The notes under the pieces are model-generated. The model ran no database searches. It worked only from the letters and a program-made list of their open reading frames with translations, and was not told the origin of the DNA. A stretch of DNA of 64,000 nucleotides from an uncultured Dehalococcoidales bacterium. Its GTDB lineage: Bacteria; Chloroflexota; Dehalococcoidia; Dehalococcoidales; BS750m-G39. Position 1 is the stretch's first letter. The number at the start of each line of letters is the position of its first letter. Both the position numbers and the translations under genes were made by a program. Below, in pieces: positions 51,114 to 60,520 of the stretch. The DNA lies in assembly GCA_964505425.1 (NCBI GenBank), contig CAZDHX010000003.1, positions 28,004 to 92,003 of the forward strand, written 5' to 3'.

Positions 51114-52289
51114 ATGAAATTAGTAGTTGTGGGTCTAGGACAATGCGGCGGTAGAATCGCCGATGAGTTTCTACGCCTAAACAGGAGAGCACGCAGCCAG
51201 CGAGGGATTGAGATAATTACCGGCGCCTTTGCCGTAAACACCGATGCCGCTGATTTAACCGGGCTTAAATACATAAGCCCTGATTACCAGCATAGAATCC
51301 TCATCGGAGGTCGGCGGACGGGCGGTCATGGGGTCGGCAAAATCAATGAGCTGGGGGCTGAGGTCGCCAAAGAGGACTCGGACAAGATTGTAGACGCCAT
51401 AAGAACCGCCAAGCGCTTCTTTGAGACCGATGCCTTCTTCATTATCGCCGGTGTTGCCGGCGGTACTGGCTCGGGGGCATTGCCAATAGTCACCCAGATG
51501 ATAAGAGACCGCTATGGCGATAAGCCGGCTTATGCCCTGGCTGTCCTCCCCTTCGGTCATGAAGAGCAAACCGAGGAAAGAACTATCTATAATGCCGCCA
51601 CCTGCCTTAAGTCCCTCTATAAAGTGGCTGATGCCGTCTTCCTCATTGACAATCAAAGGTATGTGAGGAAGGACTTCTCGCTTAGAAATAATATGGATAA
51701 GATAAATGCATTAATCGTTGACCAATTCTACAACATGCTTTGCGCCGGCGAGGAGACAAAACAAAAGCATATCGGGGCAAAGATGCTTGATGCCGGAGAC
51801 ATTATTCAGAGCCTGGCTGGCTGGACAACGATAGGCTATGGCAAAGCAATGGTACCCGCCTTCAATTGGTTCCACCTCTTCTCAAAGGATTTTAGAACTA
51901 AGAGCACCGAGACCCACCGCGGGATTCAAGCCATGGATGAAGCCATCAGCGAGCTCTCGCTTAAATGCAACCCTGCTGATTCAGGCAGGGCACTATACCT
52001 CGTCTCAGGGCCACCAAAGGAAATGAATATGGACCTGATTAAGGAACTGGCAGACTACCTCAGGGGGATGAGTCCGCAGGCAGTAATAAGGAACGGCGAC
52101 TATCCCCGGGAAAAGGGCGCCATTGATGTAACCGTAGTCCTGTCTGAGTTCAACGCCCTGGACAAGATAAGGGGCTACTTTGAAAGAGCCACCGATGTTA
52201 TCCACGGTCTCAAACAAAGACGTGGCGAGTTTGAGGACAAACTTAAAGAAGTAGACGAGATAGCCAAGGACCTTCCCTCACTACTATAA
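51114..52289 (+). CDS. cetZ: CetZ-like tubulin/FtsZ-superfamily GTPase
   Basis: 391 aa. GLGQCGGRIADEF (T1), AVNTDAADLTGL, GHGVGKINELGAEVAKED, DAFFIIAGVAGGTGSGALP (T4 GGTGSG signature), LIDNQRY, MLDAGDIIQSL (T7-like), LVSGPP and NGDYP. These align block by block with Haloferax CetZ1 as I recall it. Confidence 0.8.
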   Translation: MKLVVVGLGQCGGRIADEFLRLNRRARSQRGIEIITGAFAVNTDAADLTGLKYISPDYQHRILIGGRRTGGHGVGKINELGAEVAKEDSDKIVDAIRTAKRFFETDAFFIIAGVAGGTGSGALPIVTQMIRDRYGDKPAYALAVLPFGHEEQTEERTIYNAATCLKSLYKVADAVFLIDNQRYVRKDFSLRNNMDKINALIVDQFYNMLCAGEETKQKHIGAKMLDAGDIIQSLAGWTTIGYGKAMVPAFNWFHLFSKDFRTKSTETHRGIQAMDEAISELSLKCNPADSGRALYLVSGPPKEMNMDLIKELADYLRGMSPQAVIRNGDYPREKGAIDVTVVLSEFNALDKIRGYFERATDVIHGLKQRRGEFEDKLKEVDEIAKDLPSLL

Positions 52290-52311
52290 GGTCAGGTATC
52301 CAGGCCTGTTT

Positions 52312-52353
52312 GCCGGCTTTACTAGCCAGCTAGTAAAGCCGGCATTTTTATTT
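52312..52353 (+). terminator. Rho-independent terminator after the cetZ-like gene
   Basis: Perfect 14-bp stem GCCGGCTTTACTAG / CTAGTAAAGCCGGC, loop CCAG, followed by ATTTTTATTT. Confidence 0.85.
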
Positions 52354-52393
52354 AATAATCACAAATTCACCCCTTTTTGCTCAAAAAAACCCT

Positions 52394-52422
52394 TTAGCAA
52401 AGAGGCCCATATAGGGTATAAT
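52394..52422 (+). promoter_or_regulatory. dnaX promoter (TTAGCA-N17-TATAAT), near-leaderless
   Basis: TATAAT at 52417-52422 and ATG at 52433. Confidence 0.5.
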
Positions 52423-52432
52423 AAGGGCAAAG

Positions 52433-54019
52433 ATGTCTGCCCAAGTTTTTTATCGCAAGTGGCGTCCCCAAACCCTGGCCGAGGTAGTTGGTCAGGAGCA
52501 AGTAACCCAGACACTGAGCAACGCCCTCAGCAGCGGGCGCGTCTCTCACGCCTATCTCTTCTACGGTCCCCGAGGAACGGGTAAGACCAGCACCGGGCGT
52601 ATCCTGGCTAAGGCGGTGAACTGCACCGGGCGTGGGAAGAACAAGCCGTGCAACCGCTGCCAGATGTGCCAGTCAATAACCGAGGGCAGGGCTCTGGATG
52701 TGATAGAAATCGATGCCGCCAGCAACCGCGGCATTGATGAAATCAGGGAACTCCGCGAGAGGGTCAACTACGCCCCCAACCAAGCCCACCGCAAGGTCTA
52801 TATTGTGGATGAAGTCCACATGCTCACCAAGGAAGCCGCCAACGCCCTGCTCAAGACACTTGAGGAACCACCGCCCTATGTTATCTTTATCCTGGCTACC
52901 ACCGAGATTCATAAAGTGCCGGCGACAATCCTGTCCCGCTGCCAGCGCTTTGACTTCAGGCGTATTTCCCAGGCAGACGTGGTCTCAAAACTGGAGCATA
53001 TCTGCTCAAGCGAAGGCATCAAGATAGAGTCTGAAGGGCTACGGCTTATCGCCAGAAGCGCTACCGGCAGTCTGAGAGATGCCGAAAACCTGCTGGAGCA
53101 ATTAACCACCTACTACGGCAACGAGATTGAGCTCCGCCAGATTCAGACAATCCTGGGCATCACCGGAGACCAGAGGGCTAAGGAACTGCTCAGGCACATT
53201 GTAAATAATGACACCTCCGCCGGAGTGGCAACAATAAACAGCGTCAATAGCGACGGGCTGGACCTGCGCCAGTTTAATCGGGAATTAGTTGAATACCTCA
53301 GACAGTTACTGCTGGTAAAGACCGGCTCCGCGGAAGCGGTAGACCTCACCACCGAGGATATTGCCGAGCTGAAGGAGCTGGCATCACGTACTTCCCTGGC
53401 TCAGATAGCAAAGGCAATAAAGCTCTTCGGCCAGCTTGAGCTTGGTTTTGACCACTATTCAACCCTGCCCCTGGAACTAGCCCTGGTTGACTGCACCCAG
53501 CCAGTAGAGGAAAAGGTAGCCCCCCCAGCACCACAACCACATTATGAGCCTCCCCCCCCGGTAAAAGAGGTCAAGGCAGCGCCCGTCAGCGAACCCAAGA
53601 TGACACCGGCGAAGGCGCCAATGGTCAAGCCTATGCCCGCCACTGAGCCAAAGCTAGAGGCTATTCCCACCATCCCAACCCAAGCCGGTAATGAAATTGA
53701 GCGCTTAAAACAAAGCTGGCGGCAGGTCATTGAGCAGGCGCCCGATGAAGTCAAGAGGACGCCGGCGATTGCCATCCTCAGAAGCGCCGGGGTCAAGCCG
53801 GTGGCAATTGAAGATGACACCGTGGTCCTAGCCTTCAGATACCCCATTCATAAGGAGAAGATGGAATCGATAGAAAACCAAAAGGTTGCCCAGAAAATTA
53901 TAAGCAACTTCCTGGGTCGTCCCTGCCGTGTCCGCTGCACCCATGAGCCAGAGAACAACCACCTGCTTAAGGCGGCGCTAAAGTTCGGTGCCCAGGTTAC
54001 CAGCGTGGAGGAGAAATGA
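52433..54019 (+). CDS. dnaX: DNA polymerase III subunit gamma/tau
   Basis: 528 aa. YRKWRPQ, GPRGTGKTS, Zn module C..C..C.C, DEVHML, SRCQRF and a Pro-rich linker. Confidence 0.93.
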   Translation: MSAQVFYRKWRPQTLAEVVGQEQVTQTLSNALSSGRVSHAYLFYGPRGTGKTSTGRILAKAVNCTGRGKNKPCNRCQMCQSITEGRALDVIEIDAASNRGIDEIRELRERVNYAPNQAHRKVYIVDEVHMLTKEAANALLKTLEEPPPYVIFILATTEIHKVPATILSRCQRFDFRRISQADVVSKLEHICSSEGIKIESEGLRLIARSATGSLRDAENLLEQLTTYYGNEIELRQIQTILGITGDQRAKELLRHIVNNDTSAGVATINSVNSDGLDLRQFNRELVEYLRQLLLVKTGSAEAVDLTTEDIAELKELASRTSLAQIAKAIKLFGQLELGFDHYSTLPLELALVDCTQPVEEKVAPPAPQPHYEPPPPVKEVKAAPVSEPKMTPAKAPMVKPMPATEPKLEAIPTIPTQAGNEIERLKQSWRQVIEQAPDEVKRTPAIAILRSAGVKPVAIEDDTVVLAFRYPIHKEKMESIENQKVAQKIISNFLGRPCRVRCTHEPENNHLLKAALKFGAQVTSVEEK

Positions 54020-54318
54020 ATAGGTTCATGCGCCAAGCCCAAGAGCTTCAGGCAAGGCTAGCCAAAGTGCAAGAGGAGTTAGCTCAAGCCACCATTGAAG
54101 CAACCTCAGGCGGAGGGGCGGTCAAGGTCACCGTCAACGGTCAGCAGGAAGTGCAATCGGTAAAGATATCGCCTGAGGCAATAAACCCTGACGATGTGGA
54201 ACTGCTTGAGGACCTGGTACTGGCGGCAATAAACGAAGCTATGACTAAGTCCAAGGAGCTTGCCGCCGAGCGTCTGGGTAAAATAACCGGCGGCCTAAAA
54301 ATACCAGGGCTGACCTGA
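54016..54318 (+). CDS. ybaB: YbaB/EbfC nucleoid-associated protein
   Basis: 100 aa. MRQAQELQ...GGGAVKVTVNG...DDVELLEDLVLAAINEA. Confidence 0.9.
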   Translation: MNRFMRQAQELQARLAKVQEELAQATIEATSGGGAVKVTVNGQQEVQSVKISPEAINPDDVELLEDLVLAAINEAMTKSKELAAERLGKITGGLKIPGLT

Positions 54319-54333
54319 TTTAGGAGACTGGCA

Positions 54334-54942
54334 TTGAATCAAGAAATACCCACCGCCGGGGCAGTATCCAGGCTCATCCAGGAGCTAAATAAGCTGCCCG
54401 GCGTCGGACCAAAGAGCGCCCAGCGCCTTGCCTACTATCTGCTCCGAGCCCCCGAAGAACAAGCCAGGCTACTGGCTGAGGCTGTACTTTCGGTAAAGCA
54501 GAAAACTAAGCTCTGTTCCACCTGCCTTAATATCACCGATGCCGACCCCTGCCCTATCTGCCGCAGCGACCGCCGAGACAGAAGCAAAGTCTGTATCGTG
54601 GAACAGCCCCAGGATATTCTGGCTCTGGAACATATCAAGAGCTATAACGGGCTGTATCACGTGCTTCACGGGGCTATCTCTCCGACTGAGGGCGTGGGGA
54701 CGGAAGACATAAGAATTAAGGAGCTGATGAACCGGCTGGAGGGCGGCAAAATAAACGAGGTCATCCTCGCCACCAACCCCACCCTTGAGGGGGAGACTAC
54801 CGCCATGTACCTGAGCAAGCTGATTTCCCCCCTCGGTATTAAGATTACCCGCCTCGCCCGGGGACTCCCCTTCGGCACCGAGCTTGAGTACGCCGATGAC
54901 GTTACCCTCACCCGAGCCATCGAGGGCAGGCAGGAGTTTTAG
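54334..54942 (+). CDS. recR: Recombination protein RecR
   Basis: 202 aa. [13 protein letters not shown], a C4 zinc finger (CSTC...CPIC) and a Toprim domain. Confidence 0.92.
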   Translation: MNQEIPTAGAVSRLIQELNKLPGVGPKSAQRLAYYLLRAPEEQARLLAEAVLSVKQKTKLCSTCLNITDADPCPICRSDRRDRSKVCIVEQPQDILALEHIKSYNGLYHVLHGAISPTEGVGTEDIRIKELMNRLEGGKINEVILATNPTLEGETTAMYLSKLISPLGIKITRLARGLPFGTELEYADDVTLTRAIEGRQEF

Positions 54943-54978
54943 ATTGTAGAAAAAGATGGGTGAGGGAGGAGGCTCAAA

Positions 54979-55284
54979 ATGAAAGACGAGCGTCCTAAAG
55001 CCAAGGTCCGTGCCCGCGCCGTGGTCGCCATAATACTGATTGCCGGCTGGTGCCTGACTGCCATAAGCGGATTTATACTCTGGGCGGCTCCCGCCGGACC
55101 CCGAGCCGGCTGGCAGGTATTATTCCTAGGGCTGACCAAACACGACTGGAGTGAAATACACCTATGGTTCGGGGTGGCGATGATAGCCATAACGCTGATT
55201 CATATCGCGCTTGACTGGAAAGCGCTGCGCGGCGTCATCCGCTACCTGACCAGCGTCTATCGCACCCCGAAGGTGCTCGAGTAG
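54979..55284 (+). CDS. DUF4405-like small membrane protein
   Basis: 101 aa with two or three TM helices and conserved His/Trp (HLWFG...LIHIALDW). Confidence 0.5.
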   Translation: MKDERPKAKVRARAVVAIILIAGWCLTAISGFILWAAPAGPRAGWQVLFLGLTKHDWSEIHLWFGVAMIAITLIHIALDWKALRGVIRYLTSVYRTPKVLE

Positions 55285-55296
55285 GTAAAATTACCA

Positions 55297-55749
55297 ATGA
55301 ACAAAAGCAGGCGAAATAGACAAGTCTCCGATGCTGACACGGCAAGGGAAGCTGCCGGGCTTGTCCGTTACATTGGAGCCAGGGAAATTGAGGAGAGGGT
55401 AAAAAGTGGGGATTATATTGAGGCTTTTGTCTACGCTGAACTCGGCATTGAAAAAATATTATGGGAAAAAATCATAAAAGTTTTCAAAGGCGGGAAGGCG
55501 GCGGCAGTTAGACAAGCCATTGAGGATAGCCGGAAGGGAAAGGACAAGTCCCGTACCAGCACCTTTGAACTCATCAAGTGGGCCCACTTTCTGGGAGCAA
55601 TTACCGAGGACGAGTTTAACGAACTCATAAACTTCAACAATGTAAGGAATAGAATTATACACGGTCATGGTCTGTGGTGGGATGTAGAAGAGTATAAGGA
55701 AATACTCAGGCAAGGGATTCGATTTTTACGGCAAAACGGTTTCAAATAA
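55297..55749 (+). CDS. Hypothetical protein with a HEPN-like RNxxxH motif
   Basis: 150 aa, predicted all-helical. NNVRNRIIHGHG near the C-terminal third fits the Rx4-6H HEPN signature. GC is lower than the neighbours by eye. Confidence 0.35.
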   Translation: MNKSRRNRQVSDADTAREAAGLVRYIGAREIEERVKSGDYIEAFVYAELGIEKILWEKIIKVFKGGKAAAVRQAIEDSRKGKDKSRTSTFELIKWAHFLGAITEDEFNELINFNNVRNRIIHGHGLWWDVEEYKEILRQGIRFLRQNGFK

Positions 55750-55783
55750 AAGCAGCTAAATGTGTCCCAGCCGGGTTTAATCC

Positions 55784-56167
55784 TTGACCGAGGGGAGAAG
55801 AGATATGGTTAACATCATTCTTTATATAGCGCTCGGCTTAGTAGCCGGGGTTCTCAGTGGCTTACTTGGTATCGGGGGAGGGGTAATTATAATACCAGCC
55901 CTGATTATTTTGTTTGGCCTGACACAGCAGCAAGCCCAGGGAACAACGCTGGCTCTAATGATCCCGCCAATTGGTCTGCTCGCTGCCTGGACTTACTACC
56001 AGCATGGCTATGTAGATGTAAAGATAGCCGCTTTTGTTTGTGTAGGCTTCTTTGTTGGTGGGTTTTTTGGCGCGAAGTTAGCCACGGCATTGTCAACCGG
56101 GGTACTGCAGAAGGTATTCGGCGTCGCCCTACTTTTAACCGCAATATATATGATTATCAGGAAATGA
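55784..56167 (+). CDS. Half-size TauE/SafE family membrane protein (4 TM)
   Basis: 127 aa. GLLGIGGGVIIIPAL...GTTLALMIPP is the TauE-type repeat unit. The ATG at 55805 is an alternative start. Confidence 0.65.
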   Translation: MTEGRRDMVNIILYIALGLVAGVLSGLLGIGGGVIIIPALIILFGLTQQQAQGTTLALMIPPIGLLAAWTYYQHGYVDVKIAAFVCVGFFVGGFFGAKLATALSTGVLQKVFGVALLLTAIYMIIRK

Positions 56168-56181
56168 AGTAAATAATCAAA

Positions 56182-56988
56182 ATGACCAGACCAAGAAACT
56201 ATCAAACAGAAGCCATAATTATTAAAAAGACAAAGCTGGGGGAGGCGGATAGAATACTCACCCTCTACACCCCACAGCTGGGCAAGATTCAGGCGGTGGC
56301 TAAGGGGGTAAGGCGCCCCCGGAGCAAGATGTCGGGGCACCTGGAACTGCTCACCCATAGCCTGGTCTCACTGGCACGCGGGAAAAATATTGATACCGTA
56401 ACCAACACTCAGACCATAAACAGCTTCTTGCCCCTAAAGAGCGACCTCAAGCTCACTTCTTACGCCCTCTATGCCACCGAGCTGGTCAACCAGTTCGGCG
56501 CCGAGAACCTGGAAAACCAGCCCCTGTTCCAGTTACTGCTCCAGACGTTGCAACGCCTCTGCCAGGGTGGCGATAGCGAGCTCGTCCTGCGCTACTTTGA
56601 GCTCCACCTCCTGAACGAGGTCGGCTACCGCCCCCAGCTCGAGTACTGCGTCTCCTGCCGCGCCAAGTTAAAGGAGACCACCAACTCATTCTGTCCCGGC
56701 GCTGGTGGCATGCTCTGCCCCACCTGCCACCGGAACCAGCCCGGCTACCCCCTTTCCGCAGACGCCCAAAAAATGTTACTATTACTACAGAATAACGACT
56801 TCAGCCTTGCCAGCGGGCTCGAAATAGAGGCGGGACTGTCCCGCCAGCTGGAGATGGTGATAAGGAACTACCTAAGATACTTACTGGAAAGGGAGATAAA
56901 GTCCGCCGCCTGGCTGGACACCTTAAGAGAGCAAAGTAATGGCATCCAGATTAGACCGTATAGCAGAGCAGCGCCGACAAAAGCTTGA
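56182..56988 (+). CDS. recO: DNA repair protein RecO
   Basis: 268 aa. OB-fold N-terminus (AIIIKKTKLGEADRILTLYT) and a Zn module C.SC...CP.C. Confidence 0.88.
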   Translation: MTRPRNYQTEAIIIKKTKLGEADRILTLYTPQLGKIQAVAKGVRRPRSKMSGHLELLTHSLVSLARGKNIDTVTNTQTINSFLPLKSDLKLTSYALYATELVNQFGAENLENQPLFQLLLQTLQRLCQGGDSELVLRYFELHLLNEVGYRPQLEYCVSCRAKLKETTNSFCPGAGGMLCPTCHRNQPGYPLSADAQKMLLLLQNNDFSLASGLEIEAGLSRQLEMVIRNYLRYLLEREIKSAAWLDTLREQSNGIQIRPYSRAAPTKA

Positions 56989-58402
56989 AAGAATTCGCGA
57001 GCGTGGCATCAATCCTTACCCGCATCGCTACCAGCGAACTCACACTACCGAGCAAGCCCTGGAACTATTCAAGCAAAAAGAAGGGGCGGTGGTCAGCATC
57101 GCCGGGCGTATCACGGCCAGCCGTCCGATGGGCAAAATATCGTTTCTTGACCTGCGTGACGGCTCGGGGAAGATTCAGCTCTGCTTTCATAAAGACCGCC
57201 TCAGCAAAGAGAGCCTGGAGCTGTTTCAGGACTTAGACATCGGCGATATTATCGGGGTCAGCGGCAAGCTTTTCCGCACCAAGAGCGGGGAGCCAACCGT
57301 TGAGGTGGCAGATTTTAGCCTGCTAGCAAAATCGCTCCAGCCCCTACCGGAAAAGTGGCACGGGCTCAGCGACGTAGAAATAAGATACCGTCAGCGCTAT
57401 CTGGACCTGATCGCCAACGCCGAAGCCAGAGAAATCTTCCGGGTGCGCAGCCAGGTCATCACCGCCATCCGCGAATTTCTAAACCAGCGAGGCTTTCTAG
57501 AAGTAGAGACGCCGGTGCTCCAGCCCTCAGCCGGGGGGGCTTTAGCCCGCCCCTTCACCACTCACCACCATGCCCTTGACCAGGACTTCTACCTCAGGAT
57601 TGCCCTCGAGCTTCACCTCAAGCGGCTGATTATCGGCGGCTTTGACAAGGTATATGAACTGGGGCGGATCTTCCGCAACGAGGGCGTCTCCACCAAGCAC
57701 AACCCCGAGTTCACCATGCTGGAAAGCTATGAAGCCTACGCTGACTATAACGACATTATGAAGACGGTTGAGGAGATGGTATCCGAAATCAGCCGACAGG
57801 TCACGGGCGGCGACAGCGTCAAGTTCGGCGAAGAAACTATCAACCTCAAGCCGCCCTGGCCGAGATTAGAACTGCGCCAGGCGATTAAAAAATACAGCAG
57901 GCTTGATTTTGAGGACTACCCCGATGCCAAGTCACTCGGGGCGGCGATGCAAAAGTTAAAGATGGAGGTCGACCCCCAAAAGGACAGGGGCAGGCTGATA
58001 GACGAGCTTATCTCAACCTTTGTCGAGCCAAAGCTCATTCAGCCTACCTTTCTTGTTGACTACCCGGTGGATATGTCGCCGCTGGCTAAGACCAAGCCGG
58101 ACAACGACCGCCTGGTGGAGCGCTTTGAAGCCTTTGCCGGCGGCATGGAAATCGCCAACGCCTTCACCGAGCTCAACGACCCCCTGGAACAGAGGGAACG
58201 CTTTATAAGACAGCAGAAGGGGCGCCAGGCGAAGGCTGATGTAGAGGAGACTATTGACCAAGACTTCCTGCTGGCGCTGGAGTACGGCATGCCCCCCACC
58301 GGCGGGCTGGGCGTTGGTATTGACCGATTGGTGATGGTGCTCACCGGGCAGCAGTCCATAAGAGAGGTGATACTCTTCCCCCAGCTTAAGGAGAAACCGT
58401 AA
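56939..58402 (+). CDS. lysS: Lysine--tRNA ligase, class II
   Basis: 487 aa. RGINPYPHRY, an OB domain and class II motifs (FRNEG, GGLGVGIDRLVM). It overlaps recO by 50 nt. Confidence 0.92.
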   Translation: MASRLDRIAEQRRQKLERIRERGINPYPHRYQRTHTTEQALELFKQKEGAVVSIAGRITASRPMGKISFLDLRDGSGKIQLCFHKDRLSKESLELFQDLDIGDIIGVSGKLFRTKSGEPTVEVADFSLLAKSLQPLPEKWHGLSDVEIRYRQRYLDLIANAEAREIFRVRSQVITAIREFLNQRGFLEVETPVLQPSAGGALARPFTTHHHALDQDFYLRIALELHLKRLIIGGFDKVYELGRIFRNEGVSTKHNPEFTMLESYEAYADYNDIMKTVEEMVSEISRQVTGGDSVKFGEETINLKPPWPRLELRQAIKKYSRLDFEDYPDAKSLGAAMQKLKMEVDPQKDRGRLIDELISTFVEPKLIQPTFLVDYPVDMSPLAKTKPDNDRLVERFEAFAGGMEIANAFTELNDPLEQRERFIRQQKGRQAKADVEETIDQDFLLALEYGMPPTGGLGVGIDRLVMVLTGQQSIREVILFPQLKEKP

Positions 58403-58411
58403 GGAGGAGAG

Positions 58412-58978
58412 ATGCCACTTATACCGGCTTTTGAAATAGGTATCTGGAACGCCTGGATTCTCATGGTCTGGCTGCTAATACCCTTCTTCGCCGAACCTCT
58501 CCATATAATACCCAAAGGTCGGGAGAAGGGAAGCGATTTCACCGCCGAGTTCAGCAAGGCGCAGAAGACGGCGCTCTTCTCTCTCCATATAATCTATCTT
58601 CTCATGATTATATACTCCGTCTTCATACCGTTAAAATTGGGGACAGCATGGTTTTATGCCGGCCTCCTTATTTATTTGTTCGGTTTATTTCTGTATGCCA
58701 TGGTCCTGGTGGGTTTTGCCACCACGCCAACTGACAAGCTGATTACCAGGGGAATATATCGTTATTCAAGAAACCCAATGCACCTCTCTCAATTTCCAAT
58801 ATTCGTAGGAGTAGGCATAGCGGCCGCTTCCTGGGTCTTCTTATTGATTGCCGTTATATACGCCATTTCGCCGATATTATGGGTAGAAGCCGAAGAACGC
58901 CACTGCCTTAAATTCTACGGTGATGACTACCGCAAATATATGAAGCAGACGCCGAGGTGGATAGGAATACCAAAATAG
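58412..58978 (+). CDS. Isoprenylcysteine carboxyl / phospholipid methyltransferase family membrane protein
   Basis: 188 aa. RGIYRYSRNPMHLS...EERHCLKFYGDDYRKYMKQTPRWI. Confidence 0.75.
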   Translation: MPLIPAFEIGIWNAWILMVWLLIPFFAEPLHIIPKGREKGSDFTAEFSKAQKTALFSLHIIYLLMIIYSVFIPLKLGTAWFYAGLLIYLFGLFLYAMVLVGFATTPTDKLITRGIYRYSRNPMHLSQFPIFVGVGIAAASWVFLLIAVIYAISPILWVEAEERHCLKFYGDDYRKYMKQTPRWIGIPK

Positions 58979-58988
58979 AGGAAAGCCT

Positions 58989-60227
58989 ATGCTCGACCTA
59001 AAGTTTATCCGGGAAAATACAGACCAGGTAAAGCAGGCGGTAGCCAACCGCCAGACCACCGCCCCGCTGGATGAGATTTTAAAGCTTGACCAGGAGCGGC
59101 GGCGGAAAATGCTTGAGCTGGAGAAGCTGAGACACGCCCGAAAGGAGACCGCCCGGGAAAAGAGAGCCGCCGCCGAGGAGGGAAGAAGCCTGCGGGAGAG
59201 GATAAAAGCTCTAGAAGATAAGGTTAATAAGCTGGATAAGCAGCTGGAAGACCTCCTATTGCAGGTGCCCAACATCCCCTACCCATCGGTGCCGGCGGGT
59301 AAAGATGAAGACGATAGCCCCGTAGTCCGTTCCTGGGGGGAGCCCCCAAAATTTGATTTCACCCCCGCACCCCACTGGAAGCTGGGTGAAACTCTGGGCA
59401 TCATCGACTTTGAGCGGGGGGTAAAATTATCTGGCACCCGCTTCTATGTGCTCAAGGGGTCGGGCGCCCGACTGCAGAGAGCCATCATCTCCTTCATGCT
59501 CGACCTGCACACCACCGAGCACGGCTACCAGGAAATATACCCGCCGTTTATGGTCAAGCGGGAGTGCATGGTCGGCTCGGGAAATTTGCCCAAATTCGCC
59601 GATAACCTCTACCACGACGAGGATGACGACCTCTGGTTCGTGCCCACGGCGGAGGTGCCGCTAACTAACCTCTACCGCGACGAGATTATACCGCCAGGGG
59701 TACTGCCCATCTATCATGTCGCCTATACCGCCTGTTTTCGGCGGGAGAAGATGTCGGCGGGCAAGGACACGCGGGGCATAAAACGGGGGCACCAGTTTGA
59801 TAAAGTAGAGCTATATAAATTCACCGAGCCAGCCGCCTCCGACGAGGCGCTGGAGAAGCTGCTAAACGACGCCGAAGATGTCTGCCAGAAGCTCGGGCTT
59901 CCCTATCGGGTGAAGCAGCTCTGCAGTGGTGAGCTGGGCTTCGCCGCCCGAGAAGCCTACGATATTGAGATGTGGGCTCCCGGCTGCGGGGAGTGGCTGG
60001 AGGTGTCGTCCTGCTCCAACTGCGGTGATTTTCAAGCCCGCCGGGCAAATATCCGCTACCGCCCCTCCCCCGAAGAAAAGCCGCAGCTCGTCCATACCCT
60101 GAATGGCTCAGGTTTAGCCCTGCCCCGGGTGCTTATCGCCATCATGGAGAACTACCAGCAGGCTGACGGCAGCATTATAATACCTGAAGTGCTCCAGCCC
60201 TACGTGGGGCAGAAGATAATTAGGTAA
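58989..60227 (+). CDS. serS: Serine--tRNA ligase
   Basis: 412 aa. N-terminal coiled-coil arm, FRRE, and SSCSNCGDFQARR. The tail is GSGLALPR. Confidence 0.93.
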   Translation: MLDLKFIRENTDQVKQAVANRQTTAPLDEILKLDQERRRKMLELEKLRHARKETAREKRAAAEEGRSLRERIKALEDKVNKLDKQLEDLLLQVPNIPYPSVPAGKDEDDSPVVRSWGEPPKFDFTPAPHWKLGETLGIIDFERGVKLSGTRFYVLKGSGARLQRAIISFMLDLHTTEHGYQEIYPPFMVKRECMVGSGNLPKFADNLYHDEDDDLWFVPTAEVPLTNLYRDEIIPPGVLPIYHVAYTACFRREKMSAGKDTRGIKRGHQFDKVELYKFTEPAASDEALEKLLNDAEDVCQKLGLPYRVKQLCSGELGFAAREAYDIEMWAPGCGEWLEVSSCSNCGDFQARRANIRYRPSPEEKPQLVHTLNGSGLALPRVLIAIMENYQQADGSIIIPEVLQPYVGQKIIR

Positions 60228-60262
60228 AAAATAACAGCCTAAGAAACCGCCTCAGTGTTTAG

Positions 60263-60520
60263 CTACGGCTCCCAAGCAATATGGATTCTACCACTATCAC
60301 CCCTAGTCACTTTCCCTCTCCACTCACCTGTTCTTTCGTAATCGTCAAGCAATCTCCTAGCAGTATCTGGGTCGCCTGCCGAATTCACAATCAAGTTTAC
60401 TATAAACGCCACTACCTCATCTGTCCTCCGCCTTGTCCATTTATAGATTAAAATCGCTACTACTACTGTCGCTAATACACCTAGTCCGCTAAGAACTAAC
60501 CCCCAATGTTCAATGCCCAT
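60263..60520 (-). CDS. Small hypothetical membrane protein
   Basis: 85 aa with one N-terminal TM helix. No recognisable motifs, and GC is lower than the neighbours by eye. Confidence 0.35.
   Translation of the reverse strand: MGIEHWGLVLSGLGVLATVVVAILIYKWTRRRTDEVVAFIVNLIVNSAGDPDTARRLLDDYERTGEWRGKVTRGDSGRIHIAWEP

Noticed and set aside
52290-52432. SRP RNA (ffs), often found upstream of dnaX-ybaB-recR; the segment begins GGTCAGGT.
   Set aside because: The conserved GGAAGCAGCC domain IV motif is absent. The strong hairpin plus T-tract is fully explained as the terminator of the cetZ-like gene.
53515-53565. C7 and C8 homopolymer runs in dnaX as a possible programmed frameshift or slippage site for a gamma subunit.
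   Set aside because: They simply encode the Pro-rich linker (VAPPAPQ...EPPPPV). I cannot support an A/T-type slippery heptamer, a downstream structure or a near out-of-frame stop.
56939-56988. The 50-nt recO/lysS overlap (and the 37-nt ribF/tyrS overlap at 39998-40034) as a sign of frameshift or misassembly.
   Set aside because: Both downstream N-termini (MASRLDRIAEQRRQKLERIRERGINPYP and MAKFTDDINYLLKRG) look like genuine aaRS openings, and both upstream ORFs are intact. Long overlaps are plausible in this compact genome, so this was not pursued.
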